Source: Candidatus Marinacidobacterales bacterium (lineage in GTDB: Bacteria > Acidobacteriota > Vicinamibacteria > Marinacidobacterales > SMYC01). Taken from it: a stretch of DNA of 64,000 nt. The stretch lies in assembly GCA_965237955.1 (NCBI GenBank), contig OZ250169.1:1344001-1408000 (forward strand). The letters are read 5' to 3'. The notes below the pieces were generated by a model, which was given only the letters and a program-made list of their open reading frames with translations, did not search any database and was not told the DNA's origin. Shown here piece by piece: positions 43,060-53,198 of the stretch. A program made the position numbers and the translations under genes. The first letter of the stretch is position 1. Every line of letters begins with the position of its first letter.

Positions 43060-45926
43060 ATGCCGCGTTCCGTTCGACTGCCTTTTGTTATCGCACCTCT
43101 GTTGGTGCTCGCCGTCACCGCCTCGGCGCAGACAATCCAAACACCGGAAGAGTTCTTCGGATTCCAGCTGGGGACCGACGGAGAGATGGCGCGTTACCCG
43201 AAGGTGCTCGACTATCTCCAGCACGTGGCCGCGAGCTCGGATCGCGTGCTCTACGAGGTGCTCGGCAAGACGACGGAGGGCAACGACTACGTCCTATTGA
43301 AAATCAGCTCGCCCGAGAATCTCTCGCGGCTTGAGCGTCTCGTCGAGATCAACCACCGGCTCGCGGATCCACGCGGGCTCAACCAGGTCGAGGCGATGGA
43401 GCTGGCCCAGGAAGGACGCCCGTTCTACTTCCTCTACGCGACCATCCATTCGACCGAAGTGGGCAACGGCCAGGCCGTACCGCTGATCGTTCACCGACTC
43501 GCGACCGAAGACTCGCGAAAGATTCACGAGATCTTGGACAACACCGTTCTCCTCTACGTACCGTCGCAAAACCCCGATGGGCAGGTGATGGTGATCGACC
43601 ACTGGTACGAGACGAAAGGAACCGGATATAACCGCGTGTATCCCGATCTCTACCACAAGTACGTGGGACACGATGACAACCGCGATTGGTTCATGTTCAC
43701 GCAGATCGAGACGCGGCTGAATATCGAAAAAGTGCAAAACGTCTACAAGCCTACGATCAGCCACGACATGCATCAGATGACGCCGACAGGTGCACGGATT
43801 TTCGTGCCGCCGTTCAAGGATCCCTACGACCCCAACATTCATCCGCTCATCGTCGAAGGCCAAGCTCAGGTGGGGCTTGCGATGGCGGGTGCCTTGATTG
43901 CGTCGGGCAAGGACGGCGTTACCTACGACACTCAGTATGATTTGTGGACGCCCGCGCGGCAGTACATGGTCTATCACGGTCAGCCGCGCATCCTCACCGA
44001 GATTGCGAGCGCCAACATCGCCGATCCGTACACGAGCTCGAAGCCGCTCGGACCGCAGCAAACTCGATGGAATTTTCCACGACCGTACACAAAAACCGAG
44101 TGGCGTCTGAGCCAAATCGTGGACTACGGGATCACCGCCGTCTTTGGCGGGTTGACTCATCTCGCCAAATATAGGTCGACGTGGCTCGAGAACTTTTACC
44201 GCGTGCACCGCGACTGGGTCGAGCGGGACGAGCCGCCGTTCGCATTCGTGATCCCCGAGGACCAGCGCGATCCGTATGCCACCTACCGTCTTCTCGAGAT
44301 CCTCAAGACCGGCGCGGTGGAGATCCATCGCGCGAGCTCGAACTTTCACGCCGAGGGGAAGGATTACCCGGCAGGTTCTTGGGTTATCCCGCTGGATCAA
44401 CCCTACGGCGCGTTCGCGAAAACGATGCTCGAGCTGCAGGAGTATCCGGATCTTCGTTACTACCCAGGTGGTCCACCCATTCCGCCGTATGACGTGACCG
44501 CGCACACGCTCGGCTATTTGATGGGCGTGGACGTGGATCCGATCGACGAGCCGCTCGATGCCGAGCTTACCCGCGTAGAGAAAGTCTCACCGTCGCCTTC
44601 GACGGTGCCGAAGCGGCCGCGCTGGGCGTACGTCATCCCGCCCGACTCGAACGCCGGGTTTCTCGCGCTCAATCGCCTATCGAAAGAAGGGGTTTCCGTC
44701 TTCCGCGCGGGTTCCACCGTCGACGTTTCCGGACAAGCGATCGCACCGGGCGCGTGGCTCGTACCGCCGAGCGGCAAAGCGACCCGCGTGCTCGAACAGG
44801 TTGCCGAGCAAACCGGGCTGCCCGTTCTCGGCGCGGACCGCGCTTTCGGTGTCGACGGTTTTCGCATGAAGCGGCCGACGAGAGTGGGGCTCTACAAAGT
44901 CGCGAACAACATGCCCGCGGGATGGCTCATGTGGCTTCTCGAGAAATACGGAGTTCGACCACCAGGTCATGGCGTCGACGGACTTCGATACCGATCTGTC
45001 CGAGAGCTACGATGTGATTCTCCTGCCCGCGGGCACGAGCAAAGAACGTATGCTTACTGGATTGTCGCCGTCGCGGCACGACGAGAGCTGGCGGTGGGCA
45101 TTTGGCATTGGCGAGGATGGATGGGAGCGGCTTCGTCAGTTCGTCGAGAGCGGCGGCACGCTCGTCGCTGTTGGTGACGCCGTGGCTACCGCACGTGAAC
45201 TGCTCGACCTTCCAATCGAGCCGGTGCTGCCACAAGCTCCGAGGCGCTTTCGCCGCGGAGCCGAGCCTCCCGATCCAAGACCGGCGGTGTCGGCACGGGA
45301 CGCGGACGCGAGCTTCAAGCCAAGCGTTCGAGAGCCCTTCCGAGCTCGTCAAAGCTCTCGAGTCTCGCGTGGTTGATCCAACTTCGGTTTTCTATTGCCC
45401 CGGCTCTCTGCTCGAGCAGGAGTACAACGTGCGCCATCCGGTCGCGTTCGGCATGCCGACGCGGTGGCCGGTTTTCTTCCGGCACGATCAAGCTTACCGG
45501 CTGAAGCCTAGCTTCGACGTCCGCACCGACGTGGTATCGAAATATCCCGATGAAGAGGATCTGATCGCCAGTGGATGGCTGCTTGGTGGCGAGCTGCTCC
45601 GCGATCAAGCGAACGTCATCGCTTTCGAGCTCGGGCGGGGGAGCGTCGTCGCGTTGGGAAGCCAGGTGGAGTTTCGCACTCAGACTGAAGCGACGTTCAA
45701 GCTGTTGTTCAATGCGCTGGTGCAGGGACCCGCCGACGAGCTCACTGCCTCCGAGCTTGCTCGATTGAGGTCGCCGAGCCCAGGGCCCTTGGCTCGCATC
45801 TCGTTCGCATGCTCCTCGGTAAAGGGGGTCGGCAGGGAAACACGCGGAAAATCGCAAAAAACTACCGTTTTTAGCGTGTTTTTGGCGTTTCGGGCTTGCG
45901 GAATCGAAGGAACGCGACTAAAATAA
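43060..45926 (+). pseudogene. M14 zinc carboxypeptidase with a C-terminal GATase-like domain, two frameshifts
   Basis: TIHSTE, NPDG, DDNRDW and HDMHQM motifs; shifts at about 44950 and 45320; natural end probably near 45770. Confidence 0.85.
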
Positions 45927-46081
45927 CTCCTGTTTGATAGACGGTCGATTTCTAAACACATTGTAATTTTTATGGCGCAGGGGGAAGGCGAACGCCCATC
46001 GTGGTGCTCGTCCGAGCCACTTGGTTTGTTTCGGGCGGCTCTCGTTCCGAGCTGTTCAATTTCACAAAGGAGATTCGAGGA

Positions 46082-46381
46082 ATGGCGACAAAACCGATGA
46101 CGAAGACACAGATCGTGGCCGAGTTTGCGGAAACGATGCAGGTTCCAAAAAAGCAGGCGGCCGTGTGGTTCGACGAGTTCGCGGCTATGGCAACTCGAGA
46201 GACGAGAAGGAACGGCCAGTTCATCATTCCCGGCATCGGGAAGCTCGTGAAATCGATCCGCAACGCTCGGAAGGGTCGCAATCCTCAGACCGGCGAGGAG
46301 ATCCAGATTCCGAAGAAGACGGTCGTCAAGTTCCGGGTCGCCAAGGCGTGCAAGGACGCCGTCGTCCCGCCCAAGAAGTAG
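46082..46381 (+). CDS. hup: HU-family DNA-binding protein
   Basis: PGIGKL..ARKGRNPQTGEEIQIP..VKFR; AAGGAG RBS. Confidence 0.95.
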   Translation: MATKPMTKTQIVAEFAETMQVPKKQAAVWFDEFAAMATRETRRNGQFIIPGIGKLVKSIRNARKGRNPQTGEEIQIPKKTVVKFRVAKACKDAVVPPKK

Positions 46382-46392
46382 AGCATCTGTCG

Positions 46393-46422
46393 GCCCGCCT
46401 TCGCGGGTTAGCGAAGGCGGGT
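46393..46422. terminator. Hairpin between convergent genes
   Basis: GCCCGCCTTCGC-gggtta-GCGAAGGCGGGT. Confidence 0.7.
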
Positions 46423-46425
46423 GGG

Positions 46426-48114
46426 CTAGTTCGGGCTCGCGTCGAGCCGAGTCAACGCTTCTCGTGCCTCTTCTCGACTGGGTTCGGCGTCGATAGCTTG
46501 TTTGAATGCAGTGCGGGCTTTTTCCCTCTCGTTGAGCCCGACATAGGCGAGCCCATAGAGATAGTTGGTGTCGTAAGCGAACGCGCCCGACGGCGAGTCC
46601 AGAGCACCCAGTACTTCGAACACGTTCGAGAACTCATCTTTCGCGAGTCGAACTCTCGCCATCGTGAGACGAAAGCTGTAGTTGTCCGGTGCTTGCTCGA
46701 TAGCGCTCGCGATCACTTCCTCGGCGAGGCCGATCTCAAGCCCTTTGTCCACGCAAAAACGCGTAAGAAGGTTCGCAAGGTTCAAATTCGACGGATTGGA
46801 TTTCACCAGCGTCGATAGCCGCTTGATATACGCTCGAAACTGAGCTTCCGCGCGAGCGGTATCGCCACGTTCGAGATACTGCAGTCCGAGGAGATCCCGA
46901 TAGAGAAACGGAATGTGCGTCGGTTTGTGCTCGAGAAGCGTTTCCAGAATAGGGACGGCCTCGCCGAGGCGGCCGTCCTCGCGCATCGCGTCGACCCGCT
47001 TCAGTTGGACGTCGACGTTAATAGGGTCGACTTCGGCGACCGCGCGGAGATACCCACCCAAGCTCTCGGCGTTCATGGACTCGGGAATGGGGATCGTGCC
47101 GCCGTCATGGATGGCTCGGATCTCGTCGTTCACGATCTCGAGCGCGATGCGATGGCCGCCCCGGTAGAGCTCGAGCATCCCCACATCGATGCTGATGTGC
47201 TTGCCACCGAATCGCGACTCGATGACACCGCCGGTGAGCGTGTGGCCAACTACCATGCGTTTCGCGTCCAAGTTGTGAAGGATGCGATCCACGAGCGGCT
47301 GTGCCGATTCTTGGGCAGTCTTGGTCAGCTCGGTTTGCGCAAGGCCGCGATACTGCAACGGAGATGCCTTGTCGAAGGTAATCCCCTCTTGAATAGGAAC
47401 CTCAAATCGTAGCTCTTGCCGGATCCGGCGATTGATTTCCGCGATGTCCATTATGGAGAACTTTTCGCTCCAATCGCCGTGGGAGAACAAAACCCCGTTG
47501 ATCTTGACGGCGGTGTTGTGCTCCCGAATCCACTTGCCGTACTTGCCGTTCGAGCTGAAAGCCCGACGGTGCTCGATCGCCCCGAGCGGGTTCTCCCTGT
47601 CGAACTCTTCGCGAGTCACGCTTTTCTTGGGCGCGTCCTCACCCCGGTCTCGCGCCTCGCGCCGGAGCTGCTCGTAGACCCGGTCGAAGACTTGATCGCG
47701 CCTTCTCCGTGAGTCGCGGTCGACGAACGCTTCGTACTCCTTCGGCGATACGAGCTCGAGAATGCCCAAGACGTTCCACGTCTCGTGGTTGCCGATGAGC
47801 ACGTGAACTCGACCCCCCGCGTCTTCCGCCTTGTCCTCCAGCTTCATGAGGAAGTCCATGGCTTTGCGAGAGTCTGGACCCCGATCGACGATGTCACCGG
47901 TTTGAACGAGATGCGCCTCGCCACCGATCCAGCGAAGCTTGCCGTCGATGAGATTCGCGTTCTGCAGAATTCGAATCAGGTTGTCGTAGGCGCCATGAAT
48001 GTCGCCGATGGCGACGATGCGCTCGACGCTATCCCACTCGAACCGGCGCTCCTCGGCGGGGAGCGGAAACGAGAGCAAGAGGCTGAAAACGGTGACGCCG
48101 AGAAGTCTCATCAT
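46426..48114 (-). CDS. Exported Shelph-like metallophosphoesterase with C-terminal TPRs
   Basis: GDIHG, GDIVDRG, GNHE, SHG and GHT motifs; signal peptide; TPR helices. Confidence 0.9.
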   Translation of the reverse strand: MMRLLGVTVFSLLLSFPLPAEERRFEWDSVERIVAIGDIHGAYDNLIRILQNANLIDGKLRWIGGEAHLVQTGDIVDRGPDSRKAMDFLMKLEDKAEDAGGRVHVLIGNHETWNVLGILELVSPKEYEAFVDRDSRRRRDQVFDRVYEQLRREARDRGEDAPKKSVTREEFDRENPLGAIEHRRAFSSNGKYGKWIREHNTAVKINGVLFSHGDWSEKFSIMDIAEINRRIRQELRFEVPIQEGITFDKASPLQYRGLAQTELTKTAQESAQPLVDRILHNLDAKRMVVGHTLTGGVIESRFGGKHISIDVGMLELYRGGHRIALEIVNDEIRAIHDGGTIPIPESMNAESLGGYLRAVAEVDPINVDVQLKRVDAMREDGRLGEAVPILETLLEHKPTHIPFLYRDLLGLQYLERGDTARAEAQFRAYIKRLSTLVKSNPSNLNLANLLTRFCVDKGLEIGLAEEVIASAIEQAPDNYSFRLTMARVRLAKDEFSNVFEVLGALDSPSGAFAYDTNYLYGLAYVGLNEREKARTAFKQAIDAEPSREEAREALTRLDASPN

Positions 48115-49031
48115 GATCTTGAGCTATCCGTCTTGTGCACGCCGAAAATCGCGCCAAAGATTCCCTGGAGAAGATCCATGTGATCCGTGAGAAGCTCGAA
48201 GAGAGCGTCGCGATCGATGCGGAGCGCCTTGCCGGGCGACGTTGCCTTCCCCCGCCAGGACCAGTCGGAGCCGGCTAACGTTTCTTCCGCTCCCAGGCAA
48301 TCTCCTGCGGACGCGTTGGCGCTCTCACCTCCGGCCGGAGATTCGAGCGCAACATTTCCCGAGAGAACGAGCAAGATCGACGACGGATGCCCCTCGGAGA
48401 AGAGAATTTCGTCCGGCTGGAATGAAACTTCCCGGGTAATAGCCGCGAGCACGTAGACCTCGTCCGCGGTCGCCCGCGCGAAAAGCGGAACTGTTTGAAG
48501 GTACAAAGCCTTGTCCACCGTCTTCAGAGCTTCTCTCGAGCGTGGCGCCTGTACAGGCTGTACCGGACTCGACGTTCGAATCCGAGACGGCAGGGAGTCG
48601 CCTCCGTTTCGTTCGAGCAACATGCGGAATAGGCCTTGAGCGAGCTCGATGTTGGCGGACAGTAACGTGCGAAACTCCTCCGCCGGCATGACGAGGGCAA
48701 CCGAATCCGCGCTCGCATGAGCCTCGTCCTGTATAGTCGTTCCCTCCAGAAACTCCTGAAAGCCGAGCATCGCGGGTGGGTCCAAGCGCTTGGCGCCATG
48801 TCGTCCGTTTTGAATTTCGAACGAGCCCTCGAGCAGGACTTGAATGTATTCCACCGGAGCGCCTTTTTTCTGGACGGTGGAGCTCGCTTCATAACGCACT
48901 TGGCGCGATATCGCCGAAATGCGGAAAAGCTCGTCCACGGACACGAAACGAAAAAGCGGTATCTGGCGCAGCTGCTGTGCGAGCGTGACCGCTGGTACCG
49001 GGGCGAGGGGCTCAAACTGCATGGGCTGCAT
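48111..49031 (-). CDS. Tandem cyclic-nucleotide-binding domain protein
   Basis: Two LxxIPLF..cNMP-type repeats; GGAG RBS before ATG 49031. Confidence 0.85.
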   Translation of the reverse strand: MQPMQFEPLAPVPAVTLAQQLRQIPLFRFVSVDELFRISAISRQVRYEASSTVQKKGAPVEYIQVLLEGSFEIQNGRHGAKRLDPPAMLGFQEFLEGTTIQDEAHASADSVALVMPAEEFRTLLSANIELAQGLFRMLLERNGGDSLPSRIRTSSPVQPVQAPRSREALKTVDKALYLQTVPLFARATADEVYVLAAITREVSFQPDEILFSEGHPSSILLVLSGNVALESPAGGESANASAGDCLGAEETLAGSDWSWRGKATSPGKALRIDRDALFELLTDHMDLLQGIFGAIFGVHKTDSSRS

Positions 49032-51837
49032 CGGTCTCCGTTTCGTGATGATGGGCGGCGAGCGCGTACGAGGCGGCTTCGAACACGGCGAAGTCCTCGG
49101 CGTCGCGAAACGCCAGCAGTTGCTCGAGGTCATCGGCGAGCGACCACATTTTCTGTTCGCGCACCATGTCGATGGCGGTCGCGGCGACCACTTCGTCCTC
49201 GTCGTAGATGAGACGGGTCAAGGCTTCTTCCACGTCTCGCATACGGGTCTTGATCAGCACATTCCCTTTGCGGACTTTCTCATCGAGGGGCACTTCATCG
49301 ACCAAAGGCAGCAGCGACTTGCGCACATCGCCCGATAGCGTGTTGTCGAGGAACTCGACGCCACTCGAGCGAGCGCGCGCGTCCCCGTGCTCGATGGCCC
49401 ATCGTGCCGCTCGGATGTCGCTCCCGTCGTACAAAAGGCCCATCAGGCGATAGATGCGGTCCATCGCACGGTCGCGCTTCTGTTCGAGCGCCTGCGCGAG
49501 GAGCGTATCCCGGGACAGGTTGCCTTTTTCGAAGAGATCGTAGGTTGAGCCGAGATAGCGGTAGTAGAGCGTGACTTCCTTCCTCAGCAACGCTTGGATC
49601 GGCTCGGGGTCAAGCGCGAGGGCGCCGGCGCCGGCGTCCTCAGTGGATTCTCGGCTTATATGCTCGAGCGCTTTGATGGCTTTGTAGCGTATGAACCCGT
49701 CGTCGCCGCCGAGACAACCGAGAAGCTCCGCGACGGATGATTCCGAGGGAATGAGGGCGAGCGTGCTCGGGATGTGTCGCCGCACCCAAGGATCCTCTTG
49801 CTCGTCGTTGAGAAAGTAGGTCAGCGTGGGGATGACATCCTCGCCGTAGCTCACCAGCACGTCGCGGGCGGTGTTCTTCAACCTTCGATCGCGTAAGAGC
49901 GAAACCAGCACCGGAACGAACAGAAGATCGGTGTCGCCCAACAGACGGGCGCTCCGGATCGCCTCACGGGCGACGCTCACATCCGGGTCGTTCATCAACG
50001 GAGTGAGCAGTTGGCGAAACCGCGGGTCGGTGGTGCGCGCGATGGCGCGTGCCGCTTCGCGGCGGGCCGGCACCGCGGACTCCCGTCCGTCCGAGGCGAG
50101 CCGCTCTAGCGTCTCTTCGACGATGGTGCGATCCGATTCGTCGCTACTTTCGGCGAGGGCTACCGCGGCGGTCGCGACGATGCGCGGATCGCTATCTCTC
50201 AAATAGGGCCTCATCAGATCACGCACGTCACTGTTATGGACCGAGGCGATCACTTCGACCGCGGCCGCGCGGACGTCGGGGTCGTCGTCTTTCAACGACA
50301 GTTCCACCGAGGGGAGCCAACGCTCGACGAGCTCGCTCCGGGCACCTTGGATTGCGACCAGTGCCCGCGATCGAACGCGCGGCGACGCGTGATGGAGCAG
50401 AAGCGGTGTGATCAAGTTACGCTTTTCGAGCGCTTCGAGAAGCTCGATCGAGCGGAGCACGCGCTGCTCATCCGAGCTTCCGAGCTCTTCTACGAGAGTT
50501 TCCACCGTGGCGAGATCGCCGGCCTGAGGCGTGAGTTCTTCCGGCTCGAGCGAGAGCGTCTCGATGCTTCGTCGAAACGAGGACAAGTACTCACGCTTCG
50601 CCAGCCGCGTGACTGGGAGCCAGAGAGCGGCATAGACGAGCGCGATGAGACTCAGATGCCACCACTCAGCGCCGAGGAGCTTGGTGGCCACCAGCAGGAT
50701 CGCGGAGCCGATGCCCTTGCCGATGAATCGGTCCGCCACCACGTCGACGAAGCCTTTGGCCTTCAGCTTGATTTCGGCGGAAAGCGGGAGGAACAAAACC
50801 TCGCGTGTCGTCTTGTCGATGCTGTAGCGGAGCGTGGTGTCCGAGGCCCGCGCCGTTGCTGAGGCCCAGAGCGCTCCCTTCGCAAGCACGACTCCGGACC
50901 ACAAAACGAGATTGACGGGGAGAATCGCCAGCGCGAATCCGACCCCGAAGAGACTGTAGATGCGCGGCGTCGCAAACTGAATGACGAATCCCGCGAAAGA
51001 GCTGACCGTCGTCATCCCGGCAATGTATTTGGTGATGGTGTCCTTGGTCCCAACTTGATCTTCCAGGACCATGTAGAACTGATTCTCGAGCGTCAAGGCT
51101 CCCAGCGCGCCAAAGCCGATGATGAGGGCGATGATCTGGAGGTGGCGCGATTGCCGGAGCATGGACAGCGCCTCTCCACCGCCGACCGTGTCGGTCTTGA
51201 CCTTGAACGAGTCCGTTGCATCGGGTCGCGTCCTGCGCTGGATCATGAGGACGAGGAAGAAAGATACGGCCAGGATGCCCGAGCTCCCGAGAAGCAGATT
51301 CGTGGTCCCGAGCCGGTCCACAAAGAGCACGGTAAGGGTGGCGCCCGCCGCTCCACCGAGCAGGGCTCCCGCGCCGATGAAGCCGAAGAGTCTCTTCGCT
51401 TGCCGGGGCGCGTAAATGTCGTTGGCGAGCAGCCAGAACTGGCTGATGAGAAAGATCCCCAGAAGTTGCCGGCCGAAGAAGAAAAAGGCGACGGCCACCC
51501 ACTCCTGTCCGCTCTGGAGGAGAAACCAGAAGGTGATGAGAATAGCGATCACGCCCAGCTGTGTCCCCGGCAGGACCCAGAGCTTGGGCACCATCGCGAC
51601 TAATCGACTGTAGTAGTTCAGGATGAAACCCGAGGAAATCCCTGCGAAGAGGAATACCCATGGCATGTTGTCCGCGCCGAGAGCGGCGATGAACTCGGAG
51701 GCGGCCGAGGGCTTGATGTTGTTGTAGGCCGCCATCACAAGGAAGGAGTAGACGAACATGAGGATGCCGGTTCCGGCTTCGCCCTCGCGAAACGTCACGA
51801 CGGGAGAGAGCACACGTCGGAAGAAGGAATCACTCAT
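49012..51837 (-). CDS. Npt1/Npt2 (TLC) nucleotide transporter fused to HEAT repeats
   Basis: SQFWLLANDIY..QAKRLFGFIGAG and RYSIDKTTREVLFLP motifs; about 12 TM, then HEAT repeats. Confidence 0.9.
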   Translation of the reverse strand: MSDSFFRRVLSPVVTFREGEAGTGILMFVYSFLVMAAYNNIKPSAASEFIAALGADNMPWVFLFAGISSGFILNYYSRLVAMVPKLWVLPGTQLGVIAILITFWFLLQSGQEWVAVAFFFFGRQLLGIFLISQFWLLANDIYAPRQAKRLFGFIGAGALLGGAAGATLTVLFVDRLGTTNLLLGSSGILAVSFFLVLMIQRRTRPDATDSFKVKTDTVGGGEALSMLRQSRHLQIIALIIGFGALGALTLENQFYMVLEDQVGTKDTITKYIAGMTTVSSFAGFVIQFATPRIYSLFGVGFALAILPVNLVLWSGVVLAKGALWASATARASDTTLRYSIDKTTREVLFLPLSAEIKLKAKGFVDVVADRFIGKGIGSAILLVATKLLGAEWWHLSLIALVYAALWLPVTRLAKREYLSSFRRSIETLSLEPEELTPQAGDLATVETLVEELGSSDEQRVLRSIELLEALEKRNLITPLLLHHASPRVRSRALVAIQGARSELVERWLPSVELSLKDDDPDVRAAAVEVIASVHNSDVRDLMRPYLRDSDPRIVATAAVALAESSDESDRTIVEETLERLASDGRESAVPARREAARAIARTTDPRFRQLLTPLMNDPDVSVAREAIRSARLLGDTDLLFVPVLVSLLRDRRLKNTARDVLVSYGEDVIPTLTYFLNDEQEDPWVRRHIPSTLALIPSESSVAELLGCLGGDDGFIRYKAIKALEHISRESTEDAGAGALALDPEPIQALLRKEVTLYYRYLGSTYDLFEKGNLSRDTLLAQALEQKRDRAMDRIYRLMGLLYDGSDIRAARWAIEHGDARARSSGVEFLDNTLSGDVRKSLLPLVDEVPLDEKVRKGNVLIKTRMRDVEEALTRLIYDEDEVVAATAIDMVREQKMWSLADDLEQLLAFRDAEDFAVFEAASYALAAHHHETETDAAHAV

Positions 51838-51952
51838 GTCGGTCTACGTAGCCGCCGACCCCATGTTATGCCAGCGTGCGGAGACGCGGCAAATCACCGA
51901 GCAACCGTTAGGGCCGGCCGGAAAGAGAATGCTGATGACGCGGGAAGAAAAT

Positions 51953-52037
51953 AACGCAAAGTCGCAGAGTCGCCAAGGGTTCGGCTGCGCTTTGCTCAAC
52001 TCGACTCGGATTTTTCGCGCCCTGGCGCCTTTGCGTT
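51953..52037. repeat. Octamer-armed imperfect inverted repeat (AACGCAAAG...CTTTGCGTT)
   Basis: Left arm ACGCAAAG TCGCAGAG TCGCCAAG; right arm ends GCGCCTTTGCGTT. Confidence 0.65.
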
Positions 52038-52056
52038 TGCTTTTCGGAATCAGCCA

Positions 52057-53085
52057 CTAAGCTCGTTCTCTCGACGGCTTCGAAGGGGCGAGGTCACGTC
52101 GGGGCAATCGGCGCGTTCGGTCGAGAAGGCGTCCGCCCTCGCCGAGCGCGGGAACGAGTTTCCGAAAGAGCGGGTTCCGGCGAGCCTCGGCCAGGCGAGA
52201 TGCGAGATCGCGGCGATCGGGGAGCTTCGGCTTGGTGGCTGCGAGCGCGGCGGCAGAACCGAAAACTCCGCAGATCTCGGGTCTCGAGCCAAGGAGCCAG
52301 CCGAGAAGATAGCCGCTCGCAAAGGCGCTAGCGGCTCGTTCGACTTCTGCGCCGAAGCTTGGAACGCGAATCGCCCGATTCGTCTTGTCTCGGGAGTAGA
52401 CACGCGAGCCGCCGGCTCCTAGTCGGACGGCGATGGCGCCCACGCCGAGCTCCAACGTCGAGGTCGCGGCGGCACCAATCCGAGCTCTCTCGGCGAGGGC
52501 CCGGAGCGTCTCCGAGTCGGCGAAGAGGACATCGACGTGGCTGAGGAGACTACGAAGCGCGCGCCAGTCGCTCGTGGGCGGTAGAGCGTTCACATCGAGC
52601 GATGTGCTCGCCCCGACGCTTCCAGCGCGAGCGAGCGCACTCGTCGCCGTCTCCAAACTTCGACGGTCGACGAGGACCGATCCGCAGACGTGGAAGTGCC
52701 GGCTTCCCGGTAGCGCACGCAACACCGCTTGCTTTGATGGCGTGCCATCGGAGGCGGCCGAGGTCATCCGCACTTCGTGCCTTGGTGTGCGAACTCGAAT
52801 CGTCACCGGTGTCGTTCGTGCGTCCGAGCGAATCCCACGAGTCTGGATTCCACGCTTTCTGAGCGCGCTCAAAACTTCTTTGTCCACGTCGCTCGTACCC
52901 ATCCCGGTGACGATGGCGGCGGACAGCCCCAGCCGACTCAACCTCTCCGAGACTTCGACGCCACCCCCGACGATGCGCCACGAGAGCTCTTCGGCGCGCT
53001 TCGACCCCGCGGGGAGCAAGTCCTCGGAGAGACGCACGTACATCTCGCGCTCGACCGGACCGAGGACCACGACCTGAGCTCGCAT
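52057..53085 (-). CDS. PfkB/ribokinase-fold protein lacking the catalytic GAGD motif
   Basis: SLDVN and AVRLGAGG motifs; EVERAASAF replaces DTTGAGDAF. Confidence 0.75.
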   Translation of the reverse strand: MRAQVVVLGPVEREMYVRLSEDLLPAGSKRAEELSWRIVGGGVEVSERLSRLGLSAAIVTGMGTSDVDKEVLSALRKRGIQTRGIRSDARTTPVTIRVRTPRHEVRMTSAASDGTPSKQAVLRALPGSRHFHVCGSVLVDRRSLETATSALARAGSVGASTSLDVNALPPTSDWRALRSLLSHVDVLFADSETLRALAERARIGAAATSTLELGVGAIAVRLGAGGSRVYSRDKTNRAIRVPSFGAEVERAASAFASGYLLGWLLGSRPEICGVFGSAAALAATKPKLPDRRDLASRLAEARRNPLFRKLVPALGEGGRLLDRTRRLPRRDLAPSKPSRERA

Positions 53086-53198
53086 CGAGCACTAGATTGC
53101 CATTGCCGCGCGCGGATTAAAAGGGGGTGTTCTTGCGCGCGGCCGGGAAGTTTGAGTTGTTGTCGGGCACGGGCAGGGGCAGGGGTGCTGGCGACGGG

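Noticed and set aside
53163-53190. GGGCAC GGGCAG GGGCAG GGG tract (G-quadruplex-like)
   Set aside because: It is short, single and plausible by chance at this GC content
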